Assembly (NCBI RefSeq): GCF_018350175.1
Contig: NC_058368.1
Location: 33,420,001-33,484,000, forward strand
DNA: 64,000 nt
Source of the DNA: Felis catus
Lineage: Eukaryota
Direction: 5' to 3'
The notes beneath the pieces are model-generated. The model was not told the DNA's origin. It ran no database searches and worked only from the letters and a program-made list of their open reading frames with translations. Positions 28,361 through 40,531 of this stretch are shown here, in pieces. Positions within the stretch are counted from its first letter, which is position 1; the number at the start of each line of letters is the position of its first letter. A program made the translations under genes and the position numbers.

Positions 28361-30207
28361 TTGCCTTCCCTTTAATTCAAACATGAGTGATTTATGCAAA
28401 AATGCTTCTGAGCTATACATAGTACTGTTAATAAACAAATGATTATAGTTAATAATGCCAAAAATCATAATTTAAATATTTTTGGCTAATATTTCTCTTA
28501 TGAGACCATTGCTCTGAGTTAAGTGTATAGCCACTTAGCCTTAAATTGGCTTTTATCCACCAAGAGAATTTAAACAGAAAGAGATTTGATGTCCTAACTA
28601 TAATATTTCAAGCTAGTGACCAAAGGAGCACTGTATTTTGTCAAATGCTTTTTCTGCATCTATTGAAAGGATCATATGGTTCTTATCCTTTCTTTTGTTA
28701 ACGTGGTATATCACGTTGATTGATTTTTGAATATTGAACCACCCCTTCTGCCCAGAAATAAATGCCATTTGATCATGATGAATAATTATTTTAAGGTACT
28801 GTTGAATTTGACTTCCTAGTATTTTGTTGAGAAATTTTGCATCCTTGTTCATCAGGGATATTGGCCTGTAACTCTCCTTTTTAGTGGGTCTTTGTCTGGT
28901 TTTAGAATCAAGGTAATGCTGCCTTCATAGAATGAGTTTGGAAATCTTCCTTCCATTTCTATTTTTTGGAACAATTTGAGAAGAATAGGTATTAACTTTT
29001 CTTTAAATGTCTGGTAGAATTCCCTTGGGAAACCATCTGGCCCTGGCGTTTTATTTTTTGGGAGATTTTTATTGCTGATTCAGTTTCTTTGCTGCTTTTC
29101 AAATGATCTATTTCTTCTAGTTTCAGTTTTGGGAGTTTGTATGTTTCTAGGATTTTGCCCATTCCTTTCAGATTACCCAGTTTGTTGGCATATAATTTTT
29201 CATAATATTCTCTTGCAGTTGTTTGTTTTTCTGTGGTGTGGTTATGATCTCTCCTCTTTCATTTCTTATTTATTTGGGTCCTTTTTTTCTTTTTGGTAAA
29301 AAAGATCTTTTTTACTTCTTTTGGTCTTCTTTTTGATCAATTTTATTAATTCCAGCTCTTATTTTCATTGATATGTTCTACCATGTTTTTGTTTGTTTGT
29401 TTGTTTCTATATCATTTATTTCTGCTCTAATATTTATTATTTCCCTTCTTCTGCTTCTTTAGGCTTTATTTGCTATTCCTTCTCTAACTCCTTTAGATGT
29501 AAGGTTAGGCTGTGTATTTGAGACTTTTCTTGCTTCTTGAGGTAAACCTGTATTGCAATATACTTCCCTCTTAGGACTGCCTTTGCTGCATCCCAAAGGT
29601 TTTGATCTGTTTTCATTTTCATTTCCTTCCGTCTACCATTTTTTATTTCTTCTTTAATTTGCTGGCTAACCTACTCATTCTTTAGTAAGATGTTCTTTAA
29701 CCTCCACATATTTGTGGTCTTTCCAATATTTTTTCTTGTGGTTGACTCCCAGTTTCATAGTATTGTGGTCTGAAAATACGCATGGTATGATCTCAGTCTT
29801 TTTGTATCTGTTGAGGGCTGATATGTGACCGAGTATGTGATCTATTCTGAAGAATATTTCCTGTGCACTCAAGAAGAATGTGTATTCTGTCACTTTAGGA
29901 TGAAATGTTCTGATTATATCTGTTAAGTCCATCTGGTCCAGTGTGTCATTCAAAGCCATCATTTTCTTGTTGATTTTCTACTTATATGATCTGCCCATTG
30001 TTGTAAGTGGTGTTAAAGTCCCCTACTATTATTGTGTTATTGTCAATGAGTTTCTTTATGCTATTATTTATATATTAGGGTGTTTTCAAGTTGGGGGCAT
30101 AAATATTTCCAGTGTTTAGATGTTTTTACTGGACAGACACCTTTATTATGGTATAATGCCCTTCTTCATCTCTTGTTACAGACTTTGGTTTAAATTCTAG
30201 TTTGTCT

Positions 30208-30444
30208 GGGGGCGCCTGGGTGGCGCAGTCGGTTAAGCGTCCGACTTTAGCCAGGTCACGATCTCACGGTCCGTGAGTTCGAGCCCCGCGTCAGGCTCTG
30301 GGCTGATGGCTCGGAGCCTGGAGCCTGTTTCTGATTCCGTGTCTCTCTCTCTCTCTGCCCCTCCCCCGTTCATGCTCTGTCTCTCTGTGTCCCCCCAAAA
30401 ATAAATAAACGTTGAAAAAAAAATTAAAAAAAAATAAAAAAAAA
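30208..30444 (+). mobile_element. Young felid SINE inserted in the L1 EN domain
   Basis: Near-consensus body; TSD TAAATTCTAGTTTGTCT at 30191-30207 and 30445-30461. Confidence 0.97.
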
Positions 30445-31757
30445 TAAATTCTAGTTTGTCTGATATAAGTATGGCTACTCTGGCTATTTTTTTTTAATGT
30501 CCATTAGCATGATAGATGGTTCTCCATCCCTTCACTTTCAATATGGATATATCTTTAGGTCTAAAATACATCTCTTGTAGTAAACATATAGATGCATATT
30601 GCTTTTTTTTATTATTATCCATTCTGATACCTTATGTCTTTTGATTGGAGCATTTAGTCCATTTATATTCAGAGTAATTATTGACAGATATGAATTAAGG
30701 CCTTCATGTTACCTGAAAAGCTGTTGTTTCCGGTGATGTTCTCTGCTCCTTTCTAGTCTTTGTTGCTTTGGTACTTTTTCTACCCATCTCCCCACTCAAA
30801 GAGTCCCCTTTGATATTTCTTGCAGGGCTGGTTTAGTGGTCACAAACTCCTTTTGTTTTTGTTTGTCTAGGAAACTCCTTATCTCTCCTTCTATTCTGAA
30901 TGACAGCCATGCTAGATAAAGTATTCTTGGCTGCATTTTTTTCCCATTAAGCTCTTTGAATATAACTTGTCACTCTTTTACCACCTGCCAAGTTTCTGTG
31001 GACAGACCTGCTGTGAACCTGATCTGTCTTCCCTTGTAGGTTAAGGACTTTTTTTTCCCTTTGCTGCTTTCAGGATTCTTTCCTTGTCTATGTATTTTGT
31101 GAATTTGACTATGATAAGTCTTGGTGATGGCCAGCTTTTGTTGAATTTAATGAAAGTTCTCTGGGCTTCTTGGATTTCAATGTCTGTGCCCTTCCCCAGG
31201 TTAGGGAAATTTTCAGCTATAATTTGCTCAAATAAACCATCTATCACTTTTTTCTCTTCATTTTCTGAGACTCCTGTGATATGAATGGTATTACAATTTA
31301 AGGAGTCTCTAAGATCCCTAAGTCTATATTTGTGATCCAATACCCTTCTTTTCCTCTTTTTACCTTCATTATTTCCATGCTTTTATCTTCTCTATCACTA
31401 ATTCATTCTTCTGATCATCCATCCTCATTGTCATGGCATCTATTCGGGTTTGCATCTTGGTTATAGCATTTTTAATTCTGGCCTGTGTAGCTTTTAGTTC
31501 TTTTATCTCTGCAGAAAGGGATTCTGTAGTGCTTTCTATGCCTTTTCCAAATCCAGGTAGTATCCTTATAATTGTTTTAAATTCTAGTTCAGACATCTTA
31601 CTTATATCTGTATTGATTAAATCCCTGGCTGTTACTTCTTTCTATTCTTTCTTTTGGGGTGAATTTCTCCATTTTGTCGTATCGTGAAGGTAAAAAAAAA
31701 AGCAATAAGAAGCTAGATCCTAAGTGTGTTTTGGTCTGCTTATTAAAAAAAAAAAGC

Positions 31758-31789
31758 TATATATACGTATGTATGTGTGTGTGTATATA

Positions 31790-31830
<41 letters not shown>
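31758..31830 (+). repeat. (TA)n/(TG)n compound microsatellite in L1 5'UTR
   Basis: Direct read. Confidence 0.95.
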
Positions 31831-31836
<6 letters not shown>

Positions 31837-33198
31837 TAAAAATTATAAAATCAAAAAAAATTGCTTTTCTGTATCCGAAGGAAAAACAAAACAAACAAAG
31901 GAAGGTAGATTCTATTTCCTCTAGAGCTGAAGCTTTGTAGCACTCTATGGTCAGGCAACAATGTGTGCCAGGGGTTTGTGCTGGTCATCTGGGACTGGGG
32001 CCTGTTGCAAGGATTCTCAGACCCATTTGTTCTAGTGAAGATGGACCTACAAGGTACTGGGAGGGGGAGCTTGGTATAAGCAGCTCTGGCCTCCACTTGG
32101 TGGCACTGTTTTACTCACAAGTCGGTCAGTGCTGATGGATGCAGTGAAAATGGCATCTTTCCTCCCTGGAGAAGGGAGCTCGGGCCCACCACTCTTCAGG
32201 AAGTCCTCACAGAAGAGCCAGTAATCACCTCTCTTGTATCCCTGGCTTCCACCAGATCCCTGCCTTTATCCTGCCTGTATCTGAGCTGTCTGCCTACCAG
32301 GTGGCACAGCATTCCTGTTTTACTTCAGGCACATGGCTGGGTTTCAAAAGTAAAAAGTTTAGAAATCTACATGGTGCAGACCCAGGCTGATCCTCGGGGG
32401 TGGGGGGAGGGAGGTCTCACTGTGCTGTGGCTGGTGCTGGCTTGTTCCAGAAATTGGTTGCAAAAAACGTGCAGCAGTTCAGAGTTTATGGTAAATTGCA
32501 GCAGAAAGCCGACACCAAGGCTCATCGCCCTCAGCCAATGTCCCTGTTGCTGTTAGTGAACAGGGAAGCTCAAGGGTGCCCACTGGGTCTTTTGACCCCT
32601 GGAGAGGCCATACCACCTCTCCCAAATGCACTTCAAGCACTGAAACTGCTTCTCCCCATGTGACCCAGGAGATGTTCAGACCATGCTCCGCACTACTAAG
32701 TCTCCATCTTCCTTCTCTACCAGAGGGCCACCAAGCCTGCCAGACATGACCCTAGCAATGGCACAGACCTCTAAAAAATCAGACTCTGTGCTTCACTGTT
32801 TATAAAAACTTGGGGGTACTCAGCCCCTCTTCTTTTCTCCATCAGTGCTTTTGGGGAACGGTGTTTCTTGTGCAATTCCCTGTGTGCGCTTTTACTCTTT
32901 CTAACTTTCTCTTTCATTCTTCTCATGACCAGGGCTCCCTCCCCATTGTGACATCCACAGCTCTTCTCCCCGCCCCCCCCCCCCCCCCCCGATCATTTCT
33001 CCACAGCTCCTACCTTCCATGATGTGGTGGCTTTTTCACCTCTAGTTGTGCATTTTTGCTCTTAGTCCTCAGATCAATTTCTTGGGTGTTCAAAATGATT
33101 TTATATTTATCTAGCTGTGTTAAAGGGAAAGGCCAGCCTAGGGTCTCCCTCTTCCTCCACCATCTTATTTCCTCCTCAAGTCAATCTCCATATGACTT

Positions 33199-33365
33199 TT
33201 TTTTTTACTGTGGAAGGTTTTTATTTTATTTTTTTAATATGATTTATTGACGAATTGGTTTCCATACAACACCCAGTGTTCATCCTAACAAGTGCTCTCC
33301 TCCTCAATGCCCATCACCCGCTTTCCCCCTCCCCCTACCCCCCATCAACCCTCAGTTTGTTCTCA
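33199..33365 (-). mobile_element. Very short 5'-truncated L1_Fc-type 3' end
   Basis: Matches the 3'UTR of the full-length copies; TSD TCCAT(A/G)TGACTT at 33187-33198 and 33366-33377. Confidence 0.93.
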
Positions 33366-33689
33366 TCCATGTGACTTCTTGACACCAAATAAAACCTTTT
33401 TGTAGCAGAGTAAATTCTTCCCATTTCATTCAGGTAAGATTGCTTAGAGACAGCACCTATAGATCCTGCGTCTGCTGACCTTAGATTAAAATCTATGTTT
33501 ACAGTTCTGGCTGTTCCATCATCAACGTCAATCTCCATACTAGTATCACTCCTTAATTTGTACTTCTTGCCAGATTTGAGGCTGCAGCAATGTATATGAT
33601 GATAGATTGGTAGGATACAGGAGACAAGGGCCAGAGATAGTGTTTTTTTGTTTTTTTTTTCCCCAGCATAAACCAATAGCATGCCTGTG

Positions 33690-33910
33690 AACTATTCATG
33701 TCCTGTATATTTCCATTTCATTCCTTATACTCTTTATTTCACTTGTTAGTTGTATATGTGTACCATTCCTACTAGGCCCTAAACTGCCTAGGGGAAGATC
33801 ACACCTCAAAGATTTAAGTATTCCCAGGCTTGAGCAGAGCAAATAGAACACAGCAAACACTGAATAATATGTTTGTGGAGTAAGCATGAATTAATGAACA
33901 TGTTTGGATG
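33690..33910 (+). mobile_element. L2 3' relic
   Basis: CTACTAGGCCCTAAACTGCCTAGGGG...AATAATATGTTTGTGGAGTAAGCATGAATTAATGAA. Confidence 0.55.
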
Positions 33911-35260
33911 AATTTCATACTTAGATCTCCATCCCCAAAATATGACTACTCTCCCCTTAGAGCAAATCTCTTTCTAAGTCCAGTAAAACATTTACTAGTT
34001 AATGCTACCTAATCATTTCCACCTGATTGGTTGTTACCTTGACTTCCTGCTTTGCATTAAAAAAAAAATGAAATGTATTATCAACCTATAAAATTTGTTT
34101 CCAACTCCCATACAGTAAGAAAAACAAGCTTTAAAGCAGACAAGGAGGTCTGGGAGTCTTTGAGTCACCACAGTTCAGGGGAGCTTTGAACCTTTGTATC
34201 AAAACTAGAATAAGAAAATATCATTCTTTTATGGGGAAAAAATCCTCGGTTTTAGAAAAATGGACTCAATTACTATAGTGTAGTGTATTTAAAAAGTAAT
34301 GAGCCTGGAGGGTTATTCAAAAAGAGCAACAAAGGCAAACAGTGTCAGTATTCTAGCACTTAGGAAATTTATTCAGCTAAGTAGGTTTTAAATCAATATT
34401 TTTCACAAATAATCTCTCATGCTACGTAATCCAAATTAATACTCTTACGTATGATGTTACATTGTGTTATGAGTAATTTGAGAACGTGCTCACTGACTTA
34501 TATTTAAAACTTCAACTCAGAACTTTTTGGAGTTTTATCTTAATAGTTAATATGGTGGTATTTTTTTAATTCCAATATTAAAAACTAATATTTTTTTACT
34601 TCACCTTTATTGATATATAATTGACCAATAAAATTGTCAAGATATTTAAAGTGTACATCATGGTAATTTGTATATGTAAACATAGTGAAAGAATTCCCCT
34701 CATCTAGTAAATTAACATATCCACACATCCATCACCATGCATATCCATCTATTTTTTTCTGAGAACATTTAGGTTCTGTATTACAATATTTTAATTATAC
34801 ATTAATACAGTGTTATCAACTATAGTCATTATGCTTTACATTAGATCCTCATACTTTACTCATCTTTTAGCTGAAAGTTTATACCCTTTATCAACCTCTC
34901 CCACCCCCCAGACCCTGACAACTGCTTTTGTATCTCTGTTTCTATGAGGTTGAGGGTTTTGGGTTTTTTTTTTCTTTTTAAGATTTTACATACAAGTGGT
35001 AGCATATAACATTTGTCTTTTCTATCTACCTTATTTCGCTTCATATAATTCTTTCAAGGTCCATCGATGTGGTCATAAAAAGCAGGATTTCCTTCTTTTT
35101 CATAGCTGAATAATATTCCATTGTGTGTATATATGTCATATCTTCTTAGTTCATCCACCCATTGATTGAAACTTAGGTTGTTTCCATATCTCAGCTATTG
35201 TGAATAATGAACATGGAATGAAGCTATCTCTTCAATATCCTGTTTTATTTTACTTTGGGG

Positions 35261-35293
<33 letters not shown>

Positions 35294-35689
35294 TATACAT
35301 ATATATACACATATACATACACAAGCACAGAGGTGGGAGAGTGTTGGAACAAATGCTCGTTCTATTTTTAATTTTTTGAGGAGCGTCCATACTGTTTCCA
35401 TAGTGGCTCCATAATTTGCATTCCCACAAACAGTGCTCAGGGGTTCCCTTTTCTTCACATCCTCACTCACACTTGTTAATATTTGTGTTTTGATAATATA
35501 CATTCTAGCAGGTGTGAAGTGATACCTCATTGTGCTTGTAATTTTAGTTTCTCTCATGAGTAACAATGTAGAGTAGCTTATCATGTACTTGTTGACAATC
35601 TGTATGTCTACTTTGGAAAAATGTCTATTCCGTTCCTCTGCCATTTATAAATTACATTTCTTCTTTCCTCCCCTTCTCCCACCACCACC

Positions 35690-35737
35690 CTCCTCCTCCT
35701 CCTCCTCCTCCTCCTCCTCCTCCTCCTCCTCCTCCTC
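35690..35737 (+). repeat. (TCC)n trinucleotide repeat
   Basis: Direct read. Confidence 0.95.
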
Positions 35738-35960
35738 TCCCTTCTTTTTTATCAAGTTGTAAGTTTCTTGTTTATTTTGGATATTATTCTCTTATCAGAT
35801 GTATGGTTTGAAAATATTATCACCCATTCAACAGATTGCCTTTTCATTTTATTGATAGTTTTCTTTGCCGTGCAAAAGCTTTTAGTTTGATTTAATCCTA
35901 TTTGTCTATTTTTGCTTTCGTTGCCTTTCTTTAGGTGTCAAATTAGAATAAAAACAATCA

Positions 35961-36093
35961 GGGCACGGGGGTGGCTCAGTTAAGCATCCAATTTTTGATT
36001 TCAGCTCAGGTCATGATCTCACAGTTTCTGGGTTCTAGCCCTGAGTCAGAGTCTGTGCTGACAGTGCAGAGCCTGCTTGGGATTCTCTCTCTT

Positions 36094-36136
<43 letters not shown>

Positions 36137-36200
36137 CCTACCCACTCCCCAAATAAGTAAGTAAACTTAAAAATAAGCTAAAATAAAATAAAATAAAATA
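35961..36200 (+). mobile_element. Can-SINE nested in L1
   Basis: GGGCACGGGGGTGGCTCAG head, CT tract, (TAAAA)n tail. Confidence 0.92.
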
Positions 36201-38389
36201 ATTATTCCAAGACAGTGTGGGAGTAATTTACTGCCTATGTTTTCTTCTATAAATTTTATTGTTTCAGGTCTTACTTTCAAGTACATTTTAAGTTGATTTT
36301 TGTGTGTGTTACAATATAGGGGCCCAGTTTCATTGTTTCACATGTGGCTGTCCAGTTTTCCCAATGCCATTTTTTTGAAAGACTGTACTTTCCCCATTGT
36401 ATATTCTTGACCCTTTTGTTATAAATTAATTGACCATATGTACATGGATTTATTTCTGGGCTCTCTATTTTGTTCCCTTGATATATCCATCCATTTTTAT
36501 GTCAGTTCAATATTGTGTCAATACAATATTATAGCAGTACAATATGATAGCAATATTATAGCATCCATTTTTATGTCAGTACAATATTATAGCTTTGTAA
36601 TATAACTTGAAATCAGAAAGTGATACCTCCAGCTTTGTTTCTCTTTCTTAAGGTTGATTTGGCAATTTGAGGTCTTTTGTGGCTCCATGCAAATTTGGGG
36701 ATTGTTTGTTCTATTTATGTGAAAAATGTCATTTGAATTCAGGTAGGGGTTGCATTCAATCTGTAGATTATTTTGGCTAGGAGGTACATTTAATGATATT
36801 AGTTCTTCTAATAACTCTTACTCAGTCTTTTATTTCTTCAGTATCAGTGAATTTACCTATCAGAGATAAAAGTGCCAAAATATTTTTCCAAATGTAAAAT
36901 GTGCACATGCTCCTCAGAAATCATCATTTTTATGCTAATAAATAGAGATGATTTGTAGGTTGATCAACATTTTTAAAATACACTTTTTAAATATATTGCT
37001 CTTTGGCACAATGATATTAAACGTAGATGTATGGAAATGCAGTCATGAATGATTGGTGAAATTTTTGTAAGAAACAATTTGGCAATAACACAGGATATAC
37101 ACCTCTTCTTATTTTGCCTACCTAGCTCTCTGCCTTATAGTAACTAGCATAATTTATTTTCATTCTAATAAATGCCACATACATAGGAACATGTCCTACA
37201 ATATGTTGTGAAATCATTTTAACAGTTTTCTGCTATCCTGTTAGACTCCTAACTTCCCTATTTGAATTTTGAACTTATTCTGTAATTCCTATGGAATAAA
37301 ATGGTAATTGTAAAATCAGAGTACATGTCCAATAAGGAAATATAAAGATGTCTTAGCCCAGGATAGAAGGGAAATGGCTTTAGACGATTTAGAAAATGTA
37401 AATTTTATTTCCATCAGAGCCCTTATTTTCATTGTTAAGTGGTTTTATACCAAGTGGGGACTCTGAAGTATTTCTGTAGGACCTCAAGATTTGGTGAATA
37501 CAACATAAACTAAAACCATACCATTTTATTATCCTTCTTTCTCTTAAAACCAAAAGTGTAAGCTGTGGTCATCAAAGACCCAGTGTGTTAATAGAGTATA
37601 CCTACTAGCATTGTAAAAGGCATATGTCAGATGAGATGTCTGGCATGGTGTAGATAAGCTTTGATGTAAAGAGAACTACCAAGGACAAACCAGTTAACAT
37701 TTAAAATGTATAAAGTCAATTTTGAATAAAGAAAGAGAGAAAAGATAATAAAAGTATCAAAAAAAGGCAAAATTAATTCATACAGTGAAATCAAGCAAAG
37801 GAAGAATGATGTGTAACCCATATTTGAAAGGCTGTTTAACCAAAGGAACACTATTTTATATCTTTGAGTATTGCATAAAAGAAAATGAGAATAGATTAAG
37901 GAGCGCACACAGAGTATATCAAAGTGGCAGAAATCTTCAAACACTTTGCCTTATTTTTCTTCAAATGAAAAGTTATGCATTATTATATTTTAACTACCTT
38001 GTTGCAACGTATTTAGCAATGGCATGGACCATACCATTGAAAAAGCTTCCTGTAATGCAGGGATGACAGATCCTGTCAATAACAAATAGTACTGGAATAT
38101 CCAGTCAAGGTCTAACAATGCAAAATGGATGGATAATTGTTTTCAGCATTGTGCACTTTTTATATTGCTGTGCTTCTGATCCCCTTCAAGCCAGTTCATC
38201 TCACTGCTAATGTCAGTAGACACTTGAATGGCCTATCTAGCTTAATGAAGTTTTGACAAGTGATGGTTCACTTATATGAAAGAATCTACCAAAGTGTCTA
38301 GTGAGGCATTTCATTTGCCCAAATCTCTGTGAAATAGATACAAATCTTCAAGGTAGAGTGATTAGTACACGTAAGCTTACATTGCCAAA

Positions 38390-38560
38390 GTCATAGAGAT
38401 TTTAGGAACTGCCATAAATATCTACTAGTCCCGTCTTTGCTCCTTAGATTCAGAGGAAGCTGATAGAGGTTAAATTATTTGACAAGTTTCGATACCTGTT
38501 AAGGACAAAGCAAAAATAAGTCCAAGTATTTCTTGCCATAAAACTTGGTCCTTTCCCAGC
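38390..38560 (-). mobile_element. MIR/MIR3 relic
   Basis: CAGAGGAAGCTGATAGAGGTTAAATTATTTGACAAG core. Confidence 0.5.
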
Positions 38561-39278
38561 ATATCATAGTGTCTTGACATGTATATCAATCAATTTTAAT
38601 TTTCCTAATGCCTTTCTTATTCTTTTCAAGTATTCCAAACAGAATAGAGTTTCATAATTTCTTTTCTTTTCATTTGAAAGGAAACATTTTAATTTCTAAA
38701 AAAATTTATACAAAATTTACAAATTTCAGAGTTGTCTTCATGGTAGTTGATCAGAATAAACATTTTTATAATGAAGAAAATAACCATTATTCTCATTCCA
38801 ACTTTTACTTATGCAGGGGTTTGAATAAATGTTCTAAACATTAATAAAATGGTTTCCAGAAAAACAACAATTAAGAGGCAGAGGAAGAAAATATACTTTT
38901 ATTAATAATTTGCCAAATAAGACATTTATTTAGATAGCATTTAATGGATGCTCTCAAATTAAATACAACTAAAGAGAAAAAAAATGAGAGGATATATATT
39001 TGACAAACTTAAATATAAAGGGACTAGACACATTAAAGAGGAAAATATATATAGACTAATATTACTCCAGCAGAAATGAAATAAAATAACCATAAGTAAA
39101 GAACCAAATTAAGACAGTAAAAACTAAAGTGAATATTATAGGCTGAAAAATTGTAAAAGGTGATGATAATAATAGACTTTCTTCAATAATATGTCATAAT
39201 TATAACAACCATAATGAATATTTTTGTTATTTAGTAAATATTATTTTACCTCTTTTATATCTTCAAAGTGAATTTATA

Positions 39279-39532
39279 TTTTTTAACATTTTTTAATGTT
39301 TATTTATTATTGAGAGAGAAAGAGACAGAGAGAGAGGGAGGGAAGGAGGGAGGGAAAGAGAGAGGGAGAGTGAGCAGTGGAGAAGAAGACAGAGGGAGAC
39401 ACAGAATCCGAAGCAGGCTCCAGGCTCTGAGCTGTCAGCACAGAGCCTGACTTGGGTCTCGAACTCATGAACTGTGAGATCATGACCTGAGCTAAAGTTG
39501 GACTCTTAGCCAACTGAGCCACACAGATGCCC
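39279..39532 (-). mobile_element. Can-SINE
   Basis: Reverse SINEC body with expanded purine tract. Confidence 0.94.
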
Positions 39533-40014
39533 TATGAACTTTTATTAAAAAAATAATAATAACCAAAATAATGTGATCCTCCCAAGTGGTTCTTTCTCTC
39601 ATTTTTTTTCTTTTAATTTCATTTTCTCCTAATAATATCGTATTTCTGAAGACTGCTTGGTATTATCCATCCTTCTACTTTTGACTCATGTGCTCATTTG
39701 AAGCCCACAATTCCAAAAGATTAACTTTCAGAAATGAAATTGTACGAAAATAACGATGTATGATCATATTTAAATATCATAAACATAAAAAAACTAGTCA
39801 TATTTAAATAAATGAATGAAAGATGTTCACCATACATTAAGTTTGTGAAGCACATTGCAAAACAGTAAGAACGATATGCTTGCACTTTTTCATACACACA
39901 CATATTCATATTGATACTCCTTGCTATTTCTAGATAGAGGAATCAACTGTTTTTATGTATTATTCCAACTATTCCCACAAATAATACAATCTTTATTATC
40001 ATTATAAATAAGTG

Positions 40015-40305
40015 CTATGAAAATAAGTGAAGACAGAAAGAAACTTGAAATAATAGCAGATGGAAAATTGGAAAATTCACAAATTATGTGAAAATTTAAA
40101 AATATATTCCTGAACTACTAGCTCAAAGAAGAAATTGAAAAGGAAATTAGAAAATATCTTGAGACAGTGAAAATGAATCACAGTATAACAAAACCTATGG
40201 GCTGCAGCAAAAACATTACTAAGAGGGAAGTTTATAGTGATACCAGTCCTTCTCAAACTCTTCCAAAAATTGAAAAAGGAGCACCTCCAAATTCATTTTT
40301 GAAGA
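40015..40305 (+). mobile_element. Old L1 ORF2 fragment (probably the 5' part of the element resuming at 45283)
   Basis: Degenerate EIRKYLE...LWAAAKTLLRGKFI, then [10 protein letters not shown]...PNSF. Confidence 0.75.
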
Positions 40306-40531
40306 CATTAAAACATTTCTTAAAACAGTGTCTGTAAGCTCAAAACATTAAGCAGAACATTGGAAAATATATAAAAGACTTTAAGAGATGCAAACTACAC
40401 TGTCTGAAAGGATGGACTGTGAATGATTGACAGCAATTCGAAAATGTAGAAGAAATACATTTGGGTAATACTTCCACTTTCACTTCATGAAATCTTCCCA
40501 CCTATGCACAGAGGATGGATTTCCAGTCATT

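Larger units (their letters stand above)
28630..33178 (-). mobile_element. Carnivore L1, 5' half only (5'UTR, ORF1, ORF2 EN to RT start)
   Basis: ORF1-like peptides (31041-31596), EN peptides (29675-29962), RT start ending at AEKAFDKIQ (28613-28852); 5' tip AAGATGGTGGAGG near 33165. Confidence 0.9.
34590..36810 (-). mobile_element. 5'-truncated older L1 (L1MA-like)
   Basis: 3'UTR plus ORF2 C-terminal peptide (RHFSK...MRYHFTPARM, 35195-35644). Confidence 0.88.

Noticed and set aside
23665..33178. Idea that 23665-25420 is the missing 3' half of the L1 at 28630-33178
   Set aside because: The two overlap by about 200 bp in ORF2 coordinates and differ in age and type.
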